Positions 47,394-61,700 of a stretch of DNA of 64,000 nucleotides are shown here, piece by piece. Origin of the DNA: Balanoglossus misakiensis. Lineage: Eukaryota; Animalia; Hemichordata. The notes beneath the pieces are model-generated. The model saw only the letters and a program-made list of their open reading frames with translations. It was not told the DNA's origin and searched no databases. Position 1 is the stretch's first letter; each line of letters begins with the position of its first letter. The position numbers and the translations under genes are program-made. The stretch is from positions 5,255,319 to 5,319,318 of the forward strand of contig CM082594.2 of the NCBI GenBank assembly GCA_040954595.2. The letters are read 5' to 3'.

Positions 47394-50300
47394 CGACCGG
47401 AATATCCTAGCATATTTCGTTACATCATATTTTACCAGTATAGGACACTTGAAGTACATCCAAATTACATTGAAAAGGATAAATCCGCATTAATCTCACT
47501 ACTCCCAATTGTTGAATTAGGGTCATTAGCTGTGCGAAGGAGATTTGCACGTATTAAAATCATAAAAGTCTTGATAAGATTAAAGTTGAACTTGTATGTA
47601 ACATTCCTAATCCCGCAGGTGTCCACTCAACTGACAAGATGGTGTCACAGGTCCGAAGAATCGTTTCAACCGATTTTCTGTCTCGTTAAATTCGTGGCCC
47701 ATTTCTCGTCTAATCACGCGTGAAATATGACTCATTACACACCAGCTCATATGCTAACAGCAACTGCCTGTGATACAACGACGTGCGCACTTGTTGATCA
47801 GATTTCGTTGATATCAACTCAGATTATTCACAGATTATGTAGGAGTTCATGTCCCACGCTTGAAAAAGAACCATGTTGTTCAACTTGTTTCGTTCTCGGG
47901 TGGTTTGGTACCGATTTCGCAGAGAAATAATAGGAATATTATATTTAATTTTAATTTATATTTAATTTCATAAAGACCGGCGTAACTGTGTTTAAAGCTG
48001 CAATATCAAGTGATAAGGCCACCCTGAGAAAGGTCAAAGATCATTTCTGTATCGATGGGCAGAGATTCCACACTTTGAGTTCAATCGAGCGGCAACTCTT
48101 ATAGCAACTGGAGTTTTCACGTCAATAGTAAATCATTTCCCGCCAAATTATTAGGATGGGGTGGTAATTTAAGACGAGAAGCGCAGATTTCATAGCACAG
48201 TTCAGACTCACAAGTCGCAAATCAAAGCGATTAAAACTTTGTGAGATGTCGATAACTCAAGTCAAAGCCAAAGAACGAATTCACAATGTCGACAAATCCT
48301 GCGACATGTTCTTCACGACATGTTAAAAAGCCCCTATAGCTGCTACTTTTTGCATTATTTCCATGATTTTATTTTCCAACTTAAATTGGTCAATCTAAAT
48401 AAGCTTTAATACTGATAGGTATACGGATAGGTATACATAGGAGATTTAAAGCCCCCAACACCGTCACATGTATAAGAGGCGGGAATCCCTCGCCTCCATC
48501 ACACTGTCACAAAACCCTCCACTTATTATCACGGTGTCGTGAATGGTGTGATTGGGGGAAACATCGGGAAAGTGCGAGAATAATCAAGCGTCTAATTAAT
48601 AAGCTGGATAAATCCATGTAATTATTGGTTGTACAATTTAAAAAAGTGTGAAGAAGAATTGACATTTGGACACGTTTCATATCACTTGAATTATACCATT
48701 GACAGTGTGATTATACATTATACATATATGTGTATGAAAATAGACACCAGTGCGGTCATTTTTTCTCTCCTAATCAGGTGACTCATCACATGAGTAACTT
48801 TGATGTTTCTCTCCATGTGTTTTCGTCTTGCGGTGATTAGTATTGTGTGCGTTCGTTCGGTTGATTTGAAACGGACGAGGTAAAAAAGGGATATTCAACC
48901 GGTTTGTAGATTTGATTATTGGACGCAGATAACGGGCCATTCATACTTTGGGGGGTCCTTTCATACGCCTATGCCCCCGCGCTAAGCCCGGTAATGGAAT
49001 TGGTCGCCATTTGGTCTGACGTTCAATCGACGCAACGCCACGTTTGGGAGACGGCCTTTGTGGGTGAACCGTTTGGCAGGAGACTCCTGGAGCCGACGGT
49101 AGACGGTGTTAAAGCGACCGAAATTCACACCACAATGTCTATCAGTTCGTTTACACGTCTCCTATGCATATTTATAAAAAACGGGCGCTTCGACTGTCGC
49201 GGGATTGGCGTTACTTTCGCCGCCGCGGAAAACGAAATGATTGCGGTATATTTGCAGGTTCATTGAACAAACCTCCCACCCTTCCCTTCCATGTCTGCCA
49301 CCGAGATCACACACAAGACAACGTCATTCCAACTTAATCTGCTTGCCATGAATATGCTTTTCTGGATCACTAAAATCTTAATTTGTGACAGTTCACAAAA
49401 GACCTTTCACTCTTTGTTGACCGTTCAACGGGACTGGGAGGTGTGAAGGAGGCAGTATTCTTGTCTCCCTGCGCAGTTGTCCTCATCACGGACGCACTGG
49501 GCACTGAATGCCACGTTGATGGGGTAGTGAACCGCTGCACGATGCTCGGATCACTTGTCGCCATCTTTCTGTCTGCAGTGTCTAAATTATGATTGTGGAG
49601 GAAAACCCAATTGAACGTTGCCTTCGGTAAACGTGCGATCGCGTCTTGTCGCAGAGTTAAGCAAAAGCCAAGAATTTGGACCAAATAGACGAACTCGCAA
49701 CCAGATATGGTTTAATCATGCGAGAAAATCCAAATGTGGCACATGCTATAAAATTATGACAACCACATACGGGGTATATCCGTTGTGAAGCCAGGTAGAG
49801 ACTGTTTCCACCTGTAAAACCGCACTGATTTCAATCACACATCACACGAACTGATGATCCTGTTAATCGGCCGCGTGAGTATATAGTTTGCGGAAAGACA
49901 CGAAGCTGATACGAAAGATAATTATAGGAATCCCGAGCCCAATTAGTGAACAATCAAACTGTCACAACAAGAACATTGTCTTGGCCCACTTTGCTAGACT
50001 CTGAAGCGGTCACATGCACCAGAAAAAATATTGAAGCGTGACCACTTCGGCCAATTATTCCAAATGTCACTTTGTCCTCCAACAGAAGATCCTTGGAGGA
50101 GGGGGGGGGTGATACAATTCGTTCATGAAGGATCGACGGATAATAATGTCGTTGATGTTACACTGCTCGACCGTACTGTATAAAGGCTGTGGGGGGAAAT
50201 ATCTATCTTTGGATCTTCCGCCTGTCACGGGCAATTGACTCCCAGTCGCACAGGCGCTTATTACTGGGCAAATCGCCATTTTTAGCAACAAAAATAACCC

Positions 50301-53300
50301 TTCGATCGATATTTCAAATTTTTAACACTATTTACGGAAGATTTCAGTTTGTGGCTTCTCGAGGCCTGGGACAAAAAAAACATCGCCAAGGGTGATGCAT
50401 TACCCCGTAACCGGTCATCTATGGCGGGAAACACAGACACACAAACGACATGACAGTGAAAAATTGCACCGAGGTGATTTAGGTCGATTTTGGAATACAT
50501 ATAAAGGTAGGGCGAACCGCCAGTTTTCCGTGACTGACTTGTAGTGCATAATGGCCATATTGTGGTGGTGAGAAACGCTTTGTTTTTGAATTTCAAATGA
50601 AAACTGAAACAACTTTGGTCAAGTTCGCGGATGACGAGTTCATCTTTTCCCCATTCTGGTACAGATGACGGCCCGTCAAAGGGTGGAGGGTTTGAAATAT
50701 GTCCTAAGAGACGCGGCCCGACACGGTTGGGCTGCTCTGAAAGTATGTTTGTTAGTATAGCCACGTATTGTTTATTTTTGGCCGTATACTCCGTCAGACG
50801 ACCGACCCGATATGTCAGAGTTAATATATTGCTGTCGGAATGACAACTGCATGTCGTCACGCTTGAAATATTTGCTCAGAAAGTCCTCCCCAACAAGAGA
50901 ACTTCCAGGGGTTCCCAACTATTCGTTTGGTTCGAGTCGCAGGACATCGGCGGCGCGAATTCCGGCCGGTAGCCGGGCCAAGAAGATCTGCTATCATAAA
51001 AATGTTCTACAGAGTACATCACAGAATCCGCAAGATGACATTAACTTCATCGTCCCTGATCTCGATGAAAGGACAACGCCGATTGGCTTTTTCAGAAGTT
51101 GGTCAAGTGAGACGGTATACTTTTGACCCGTCTCGAAATTCGGCGACTTAAAAATTTATGGAATGAAATTGGATAATAGAAATACCCAAATTGAATCACT
51201 GGGCCCTTTTTTCACCTCCTCAACTGTTTACTGAGCTCTTTGCCGGCAACTTTTCTCAGCGATGCCTTCCTTGCGCTCTTGTCAATAGGTCGAAGCTATA
51301 AAACCCAAGCTGATTGTGCCTTAGCGAATGCCCGCGGGCGAGGAATTGTGTTGTATGAGACAGGGCCGGGAGAATGGCCCAAAAACTCGCGCATATATCG
51401 CTGACATTACCGACAAAAAACCCAATAAACCGATCGAGAGTGTAAGGGGACCCCCTTTTTCACGTCCAGGTATCCCCCATTACGCGGCGTAGAAGGCCGC
51501 TACATAATGATTCCGCGTTTGTTTACATAACATTATTGGTAGAGCGATAATCGTCCTCAGTTACTGCGGAGCAAACCTATACTTAGCCTCAATTTACCGA
51601 GGGGTTGGTGTTAGTTTTTGCCATAAAATAGCATTGCCAGAGGTCGAAGGCGAACCTGGGTTATTTTGATTGACAGACGGTATTATAGAAACCCACTGAC
51701 TCATATCGGACCATTGCATGGCAAGATCTGACACCCAGGTTGGAAGAAGAAAACATCTCGCTCATTGTTACGCGCAAAAGTAGCTGATACACAGTAAGAT
51801 AGGGGACTCATTATATTTCAAACTTCAAACAAAGGTCGTTGGAAATCATCCATTTTGTTACTACGTCCCAGGTCAGGAAGTTTTGTGCGTGGAAAGAACT
51901 GCATCAATGGAAACCACGGCGAATGATGTAAAGCGTGGGGTCGGCCACTGGTGAAGAGTTTCTCCAGCGTATAGAGATATCGCTGTTTGATAGTAAAAAT
52001 GGACCAAACGAGAAAAAAACGCGTCAACGAGCAAATAAATAAGGAGATGAACCAACAGCGACACAAAGTGGCTCTTTCTGAAAAAAAGGGGGAGAGGAGG
52101 GGGGTGTACACTCAGTAATGCTTGGTTCGATCGCCCAGTGTTTAACCTTTGAGCTTTAAACTACGACCCTTGCTGAGTTTTGGATGCACAGTGTGTTTTT
52201 CAGTGGTTTTAGCCTGTGAGCAATCCTGCTATAGTCCACCCGGCCCTTAGAGCTAGATCCTAGACTCGATCAGTACATGTATAACAAAATACAGCCTACG
52301 AGTGATTACTGAGACTTCAAAAGTGGTGACGTACGATGATTATTAATATTATGGCTGTCCACAAAACCGAACAAAACTATCCTAAAAGAGAAAAATTTAA
52401 GTTTCGATGAACTATGCCCCCCCCCCCCCAAAAAAAAATATTTATAAAAAATGCAAGCGTTCGTTTGCATCTTCCCGCTCGAGTTACAACGGCAAATTTT
52501 GTTTACTGTAATTCAGCATCGCACACGCATCGATCTTCGGCCCTATAAGATGAAGTAAGTCCAGCCCCTATTCTTTTCAACAAAAAAACGAATGCCCTTT
52601 GAAGCTAGGCCGACCACGACAGAAAGCTCCAGGTCGTCCGACCTCGGCCTTTGCAACCCAGTCGTAGAAATATCACGAATAACTTAATAGGAAAGCAACA
52701 AGTGGTCAAGTGATGTTACTCTTTCCTCCGTTTAAAGTTAATGTATGTGACTACAAAAAAGTGTTAATTACTAATATTAAACAACAGGCAATGGTTATTT
52801 ATCTGCGATGCTTGTTCCAGAAAGTAAACTAAGAGATGCAAATTCTTTCAACAGGTATATAACATAAAGTCTAAATGTTATTTCTTGTTTTTAGTATACC
52901 GCAGTCGATATCTCTTGTATAAGCTTCTTGCTATTAAAAGTCTAATTAAGTGATGTCGAATTTTATGAAGACAGTAAAATCGTAACTATTTCAAGCAAGC
53001 ATCGTCACTACTAAGGTGTTAATTAAAGTTTTATGAGGTTTTCTTTTGGTCCCTTGGCCGAAGTTCCGGTAAAGAATTCGATTTCATTAAAAGTTTCATT
53101 AACCCGATATAGTTTATTGTGTGCTTTACGATTGGCCGTTTTCCACACAAGAGATTTTAAAATTAAAATCGGTGTTCTTTTGTCTCCCAGGGGACAGAGA
53201 GTTATACGATCTGTCGTTTTTGTGTTTTTTTTGCTCGTGTCGTTGTTTTAGTGATTTTATTGTCACTCGTGTTGGACTGCAGGGTGACTTAAGATTCGGG

Positions 53301-56300
53301 TTCTAAGCTAAGCCTGGATGTACGAGTCGAGATCAATGAACTGGTCAATGAAAACCGTGAAACGATTTTCCCCCGTCTAGCTTCGGATTCATTGGTGAAT
53401 TCGGTCAGTAGGTACTATTTTGTCCAACAACAGGTGGCAGCTCTGGTTGCACTATGTTCAGAGCATGAATAAAATTTACCATTGGGGGGGGGGGGGTCCA
53501 TGTAAATTGCATTTTGTCACTATCCCTTATTACACACGCTACAATCGAAAATCCCGCCGTGACGGGTGTTTACAAGCTGCATTGCATACCAGCGAGGAAA
53601 TGAAGTTCTGATTTGGTTGTTAGTAGGATTATTAGAACTCTACGTCAATGATAATATATATATATCCGTGTCATTTTTATCCATTGACGCGTTAGCGTCA
53701 TAATTGCTCCAATCGTGGGCCCTCCGCGCGATATACTTGCTGATTGGTAAACGAAATTAACATCGCTTGGTTGCGCGTGTGCGTGTTTGTTGATGGTGAC
53801 GTCAGCCGCGGGTTCTTGCGTCCGGAATCGTTGACATATTTCGGCATTGTCCGTGAAGAGCTCGGGGAGCCACTTGAGAGCTCACTCAAGGAGATAAGAT
53901 GTTTATTTTTACCAACAACCTGTTGACGGTTATTTAACTGATACCCACTTGACTTGGGAAACGATGACTCGGGGATCATCGTAGACTGGTGCTGTTCCGC
54001 TAGCACCACGGTTCCCTCTAGCTGCGCTTCTCTGACTTTCTGAGAAAGCGCAGCCCAGGGAAAGCGGGGGACCCGGACAAAAGGGGGTCTGGGTTTTTTT
54101 TCTTCTCTATTGGGCAAGTATACCAGGAGACGTTCACCGCTGATGTTTGTGTTACGGCATTTCTTCTGGCACCCCGGTTCTTAACCCCTTGCATTGTGTA
54201 GTTTCTGGTGCTAACAATGAGACGGGCAAACTAGACGGCATCGGTCTGTCTGGACGTGGCGACACACGGCGCTATGGGATGGACGCGCATGGCGCCAGGC
54301 CGAATTGCTTGCCTCGCTGCCCTACATGAAAAGACCTACCCACTTAAAAAAAAAATTTCGAGCCGACCAGCCCGCCCGGGCCACTCGCCCCGTTTTAACT
54401 TAACACGGCAAAAAGGGTGCATTTTATGCGCGGTCTGCGCGTAACTCCCGCACCCAAACACCCGTTGACTTGTTTATTGCTGGCCGTCCCAACACCGCAA
54501 CATGTTTTGAAAGTTGCGTGCGACGTTCAGCAGGCGAGAGAACAACTTAATGGCATCTCCAGCATTGTGGCCCTCGTTTTGCATGTCAATAACACAAAGA
54601 ACACATCCTGAAATGTACAATAACATCAATGTCAACAATGAAATCAGGATTGGTTGGTGCACAGCGCACGGGACAATGAAAGAACTTACAGCGAGTCAGC
54701 GCCAAGCAGTCTACTCTTCGCCCGACTTATTGATCCTCGATAAGATAGCAAGGCTTCCGAGAGAAAGGGGTTTGACATGCAATAAACGCGAACAATCTAT
54801 ACTATAATTTAAGCCATTTTTCAAGCCAGCCGTACAAAATGAATGCATGTACCATCCCTCTTTCTTCCAACCGACTCCCCTGTTCAGAGAGAGAGAGAGA
54901 GACCAGTTTACGACTTAACTTAACCTCCCAAAACACCGAACAGAAGAAAAGTTTCGGATACCGGAAGTCAAGGTTTCTCCGTGACCGGGTTCCAGAACTG
55001 GGTCCCCTCCTTGAACGTCCGGGAGAGGTTCTGACAAGAAACTTCAAGGGGGGAAATGGATGATTCCGATAAACCCAGTGAAGCATCGTCGATATTTGGA
55101 CGGCGAACGATGCCTGGGGGCTTGTCATTGTGCACCCCACAATTGAGTCTTACTAGCATGTTTGTCGTGACACGATCAGTGAATGACAAGTCTGGGCTAT
55201 TGGATCTCTGTCATGTGTGTATATACCGGCCGATAATCATGCAACGCACAAAGCGGACCCCTTCGAGTATTTGAGTTTCTTTAGTTCACAAATTTGAAAA
55301 ATAAACAACCTGTAAAGGAGACGTTCTCGAGACCAAATAGCCCTAATAGCGCACCCTAAAGCTTTTATTACGACGAATGAGACCTGTTGCCTGCTCAGTG
55401 CCCGTGAATAGACACTTAGCGATTTTGATGTCGTATAGTCGCGGGTACCACCATGTCAAATCCTAATAGTAGTTAGCAGCGTCATAAAAAAAGCGACAAT
55501 TTGTTATTTGTGCATAAACTGTAATTTGGACCTGTGCCTGTGTGTCCATAAAATAACAGCGGAACCAGCTTACTGTATTACGCACGGAATAAAACCGCAC
55601 ACACCGCTGAGAGAGCAGAATTATACAGACACTCGTTCAGCCATCATCGCACAAAGCGTCACGCTTTTTTGAAATGTAGTGCACCAGTGGTTGTTAACCG
55701 TGTTTTGAACAAGCGGTTTGCGTTTTCTGTTTATTTGTTGCACTTTCCCGGTACACAGAACCCACTCAAGAGTGTACACAATCACAACAAGTGGCCGTGT
55801 AATGACCAGTACTTTGAATGCGTAACACCGGTAGCCAACGACCGGGGACTCAGATTGCTTTTGGTATTGCTGCCGTCAAAAAAGAGATTGGAGGGCAGAA
55901 ATCCAAAATGCAAACATTGTTCTGAAGCCGAGAAGTCACCGACTCTGTGTGTGAAAAACGTTGTATTCGTGGGAACTTGTAGAACTACACGCTTTTCTGC
56001 AAAATGTCGAGACTGAAAGTGATCTCAGTCTCGAACTGACAGAGAGGAAAGCTATCAAAGGAAAGCTATCACGCATAATAAAACGGCGGTTCTGACATAT
56101 GGTGTTTCGGCCTAAACGATCGCGAACCTACGAGGGCAATCAACCCCAATCGATCGGCGATGCTTTTTATTTTGGAAAGACAGAGATTGTACAGACACGT
56201 GACAGCTGTTTGAGTCACACCACAAATGGAGGATTTTTGAGAGGAGGGGGGGGGGGGGTAAAAATTAGTGTCTGAAGATTGACTCCAACTCCGAGTCTTT

Positions 56301-56752
56301 GCTCCTGAAATCAAGTCATCCGTTTAGCGCGGCAGTACAGGGCAGCGAGAGAGGTTTTTTTTTTACATCTTGGCAGTTTAGCCCCGGAGGGGGATTACAA
56401 TTGAACCCAAACCGGGGATGGTGGGGAGTGAAGTGATCCGCGGTACAGACAAGGATTATCGCTAAATATAGAAGCGGAGCAGACAACCAGTAAGTTATTA
56501 AAAGGGGGAACATGCGCAAGGGGGTGAATCGATGAATACACACATCAAGATTTATCATCGCGAATTCCGAAACTGGGATAGCCTACTTCTGGTGTGGAGC
56601 TGACAATCCCCCGTAACGGAAGTGGCGAGACGTCTGACTTGATGTGATATTCAGAACGCACACCACTGAGCGAGGGGGTGGGGGGGGGGCTTCCAAAAAG
56701 TTGCACATGTATACCAGAGACACACAAGGTATTTATCGTAGCACTGTGTTGT

Positions 56753-56762
56753 TTTATTTATT
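56753..56762 (-). terminator. Probable polyadenylation signal of Dlx
   Basis: Overlapping AATAAATAAA on minus strand (TTTATTTATT on plus), about 1.65 kb downstream of Dlx stop, followed by TGTGTGTCT on the minus strand. Confidence 0.5.
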
Positions 56763-58410
56763 GAAGAGAGTTGCGAAAATAGGGCTGTAATTACGATGAA
56801 AAATCGGAACAGCACGTCATTGTAAAATGAACGTGAACTACACCGAAATTGACGCGTGTCCAATAGATGGTTGAAATGGACACAAACATTGCAGAATCTG
56901 TGTGATTATCTGATTGATAATTAATTTGCCGTTTAGAACTGAAAAAAGATAGTTTGACGCACTGTTGATGACCTTCGAGAGGGGAAAAAAACAACCGTTC
57001 TTTTTCTACCACCTCGTTGATTGCCATAGAAACGGGTTGTAGTCCGGGACAACAGAAATCAATATTGCAAATGATATTATGTATAACACAATGAGTATGT
57101 CACGAAATGTCAATAAACAATTGAACGATAAAAAATATACTTAGAAGAACTTTACAGAAACAGAAATGGCTCACAATAAATAAAATAATGCACATTTAGA
57201 TGTGCTTTTGATTCTGACAGCGACTGTCTCAATCCTCGCCAAGGTACTTCAATTTCGGCTGTCTCCCTGTGGTCTCGGAATAATAACACAAATACAAATT
57301 TCTACAAATTGTCTTACAACACGGTACAAAGACGGTATCGATTCTAAACGACGTAACGCAACACTGGATCGCTTTCTGTCTATAAATAATAATCATAATA
57401 ATAACAATAATGCAAGATTTTTTTCCCACTCGGCATACGGATGTCGTTTTAGTACTTTACAGCGTGTCGTCTCAATGATGCATTGAATCTGGTGGGCACG
57501 TGAAAAGATTTACAAAAAAAAAATAATTCGATATAAAGTTCTCTGTATCTATATGTCTCACCACTAATGCATCAGTGTTGACAACTGTGATAAAACGGTG
57601 CACTTATTTGTACACGGCCGGGTGGTCTATCTTGGCAGAGGCCACTTGTCACCTCGTGGAAATACAGCGGTTAAAAAAATCCGTAATTTGAAGGGGAAAA
57701 AACGACTGCTGTTTTAGATATGATTGTTTTCGGTGTCGGTGTGACATTATTAATTACATATTGTGGAACACAGTGTCACATAGCGTCTCTGCAGGTAATG
57801 ATAATCCTGCCTCGCTTGTGGCAGGCTAGTGAAGCCACTTAGACGAACGCCTCACTGCCCCGTCTCTGTGGTTTCTTCCTCGGCGGCAACAGTGCTCGCC
57901 TCGCCCGCCTGTCTTCACCCGAGACCCCGTTGCAGCCCTGGAAACTGATGTCGCTGCTCACCCGCCGCTCGGACCGCCGAGTTACAACCGCCCCACGCGA
58001 CGTTTCTGCCCGAAGAGCTCCGAGCTCGCATCGATACGGTTCAACCAGTATAGCAGGCTTTCATCGCATTCTAACGTGATGATTTTTTTTCTCTGATCAA
58101 AAAAAGAAAATCGAGCCGATTGTCCGCGAGCCAACTCACGGGGCTTCGTATTTTGCAAACACCGACGGGCCCGGGCGAATAAATCGACAGTGATAGTTAC
58201 ATTTTCTCTGTGTACAGCCTCAAGAAAATACAGACTGCGTTGCACTTTTTTTGAAACTCGGACAAATGTATACAGAATATGAATGTAAAAATTGCAACGT
58301 GGGGGGATTCGTGAACCGCCCGTCTGAACGTACATGTACGTCCCTTTTCTGAAAACAGCAATAAATAGGAAAGTTTAGCGTCGTCACAAACGCAGCATCT
58401 GCACGGCCTC

Positions 58411-58734
58411 TTATGTCAAGAGTTGGGGCTGTTGTATAGTGGAACTGTCTTGGTGGTACCAAGAATACTGAGGCAGATAGTTGCTGTTATTTTTACTGGT
58501 GCTAATGTCCCAGACTGGAGGTGACGACGAGTTGCTCATGGGGATCTGCCCCTGGTTGGGATTGTTCGGCGTCGGCGGCTGCGACGACTGGCTGTTGGCT
58601 GTGACGTTGGGTGTGTTGGGGGTGGTCTGTGGCGGCGGCGGTTGCTGCTGCGTGGGCGCCTGGTGAGGGTGCTGCTGCTGCTGCTTCAGCACCTTCTTGT
58701 ACTTCGACCGTCGGTTTTGAAACCAAATTTTTAC
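58411..58734 (-). CDS. Dlx: Distal-less/Dlx homeobox protein, exon 3
   Basis: Acceptor TTTTTGCAG|, VKIWFQNRRSKYKK (helix 3), C-terminal PPVWD and YSWY Trp motifs typical of Dlx; stop TAA. Confidence 0.97.
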   Translation of the reverse strand, partial: VKIWFQNRRSKYKKVLKQQQQHPHQAPTQQQPPPPQTTPNTPNVTANSQSSQPPTPNNPNQGQIPMSNSSSPPVWDISTSKNNSNYLPQYSWYHQDSSTIQQPQLLT

Positions 58735-61700
58735 CTGCAAAAATGGCGGGAAGAAGAAGACACACAAAGTCAACATCAGTCCGAGACAGAGAGTGACGTC
58801 ACGCCCTCGTCATCACAAACACCACGAAGAGGCCAAGTATTCCCGAAGAGATCGAATATGAATTAAAAACGCGTCGCGATGGAACGAAATCTCCTTCACC
58901 ATACACCGACCACGGAAACTGTGACGAACCCCCCCCCCCTCCACCAATTACCCCCGTTATACTTGACAGACAATACAGCGACAAGTTTGTGATTTTCAAA
59001 GAAAAACACGGTACATCTAGATCTGTGTATCGCAGAATGATGAGGTTGTTGTCTTTTTGTGGGAACACATTCACGAGAACGTTTACAACCTCCCTTCAAT
59101 CCCGGGAATATCATTTAAAATCGGAAACAGCACAAAAGACTTTTGTTCGTCCACAGAAAGTACGTTAGAGAAATATACCCGAGGGAACAAAAACATTTGG
59201 CTTAATGCGAAACAGGGGTATTGTAGCAAAAGTCGATTAGTACACAGGTTTCAGACGATGGATCCCGAGTCTGGGTGACTGCAGCGGGCACTACACTAGA
59301 GAACCCTTCGTCGGGGGGGGGGGGGGCAACAAGTGGTTAAAACTGGCGAGGCTTGCGAAAGTGCCTTGTTTCACCGATTGGGAATGTGCCATAATCACAA
59401 CCATTTAATAAAAGTAATTTATCATGCCGAGGTCGAGCGAGAAGAGACCCGATTGATCACTGGCGGAGCAGCGCAGCGCGAACGACTGGAAAGCTATGTG
59501 TCCAGGCATGTCCCGTGTACTGAGGCCGAAAATAGCACAAATTGTGCAATAATTACAGTATATAAACAAAATAGAAATCGTGTTCTCCCAATAATTGCAT
59601 TCAGTGGCGGTAAATAACAGTTAGTGGAAGAGGAAATGCTTTTTTTTTCTGATTTTATCGACCCATCAACGACGACTGAAAGGGAAAACAGTTTGCAAGC
59701 CTCTCGTATGATGAAGAAAAAACTGAAAGTCAGCATGTTGGTAACATGTCAGTAGAAACCCCAAACCAGGGGGAGTATATATGGTGGTTTAATTTAATGC
59801 TGTCATCTGCCGGTGCTGTCAGTTTCACCGCCACTTTTTAGTCTTTCAGTCACGTGCAGTCGCCTTGGAAATTGATCGGTATCGGTTGAGTGTCACATCG
59901 ATGAAAACTTTAAGTGCCAATCGCTTGTTGACATTGCAGTGCATCCTGGGATGTGAGACTACAGATAAACAAACTCAATCATCACACACTGCACCGCGAA
60001 TTTTGGATATGTTTTTTTTGCTTGTTTTATTATAAATCAGCGCCCGTTTGACAGCATAACTAAATAGTGCTGGGGACTTACACTTGACGCCGAAGACTAA
60101 AGTATTAAACTTCAGACCACAATGTCCCCCCTGAAATATTTGATAAATTGCAAAACTGGTTACATATGTCAGCCTTCGTCCTTCCTTTGGATGGTTAACA
60201 ATTAAGACGCGGCCTTCACGTGTTTCTCGTTAATTTTTCCATGTCTATTTAGTCACGTAATGGGTTTCTTGAAAATCCAGTTCGAGGGCGGAGTGTCAAT
60301 CCATCGATCAATTAATAATGAATGTAATAAACAAACACGCTGGCATATCCTGATTTCATTAAAAAGGTTTGAAAATCAACACTGAGAATCACGTGATTAT
60401 TCGGAAAGTTTTTGTTTCGCGGTTTTGATGATCTAAAATTTCGCGAGGAGTCCGCCAGTGTAAAGTTTATTTTGCAGTAGAAGAAATAATATTATGGTTT
60501 ATGATGCAGTATAGGGGAATGATCAAACGTGACTGCGGCTGTGACGCAAGCCCACATCGACTCCACCCGCCGAGCGAAGCCAATTGTCTGGCATTATGTA
60601 GTAAAGGAAGGCCTCCACTCTATATGTAAATTATTTATCAATTTATTTATGCATATATTTCCATTAGAGCGAACAACCCCTCGTTGAGATCAGGAAACCG
60701 GCAAGAAAACCCGGAAAATGATCCGGACATCGCAGCGTGGAATTACATGTAAAACCACTGAGCTTCAATAAGGCCCAGTAAAGCAAATTATTTTTTCGCC
60801 CGGTTGGTCTACTTACGGTAGGAGAGAAAAAAAACAACGTGATTTTTTCCACATTTTTATTCGCGGAACGGTTGGCCATAGTCTCGTGGTGATTGTCTCG
60901 CGCCGTGTATAACTGCGCTGATTTCGTATTCATTGCGTTATTCCCCGCTGCTAGCTCCGAGTCGAACTCTTATAAATTGCCGGAATATAATGAAATATCC
61001 ACGACACATTCTTTTCAAAATTAATTTTAATCGGTCCCCATTGTGCGTCCGCTCGGCACTGGATCGTGGCAAGACAAAGCTCGTTGGACGGGGAAAGAAA
61101 ACGAACTGTTGATTTAGGGTAGGCATTCGATCGGCCGGGGTTTAAAAGTCGTCGGCTTCCTGCCCCAAAACGTCCGTGAAATCGTATCGTTTTCCGAGAG
61201 TTTCTCGGACGCCCATTTTCCCCCCTGAGCTACATTAAATTGGAGGACGTACTAACAAATATATACGCTGATAATTGCAAAAGCATTGTTCCTCAAAAAC
61301 CCTATTTAGATGTGGAACAGACAGCGTGGTAACACGACACTCGATGAAACACGACCATCATCGCGGCGTACATGCCATTTAATCGTTTTTTGTTCTCGTG
61401 TGTTTTCCTCCCTTTTGATCGAAAATAAATCAAGGCCTGATTTCGACGTAAAATAAAATCAAATATCGATGTCTTAATTTGGTTATTGCACCGGTGCAAA
61501 ACGGGCAGTATCGCAACAATCGGAGTCATTCGTTGACACCGAGTTTGGGTATAGTCGTTCTCACAATAGCCATAATGTCGATCTCACGCATGACAAGCCC
61601 GTTCACAGTACCACCGTCATATACCAAGTATTCATCAGCACAAAGGATTAATTCCTCGCTTTTTTTGTTAAATTCCCCCTTTATCGCCACCACGATTGGT

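Noticed and set aside
50282-50860. 192-aa minus-strand ORF in the Dlx flanking region
   Set aside because: No domain, no clear splice context, composition like non-coding DNA.
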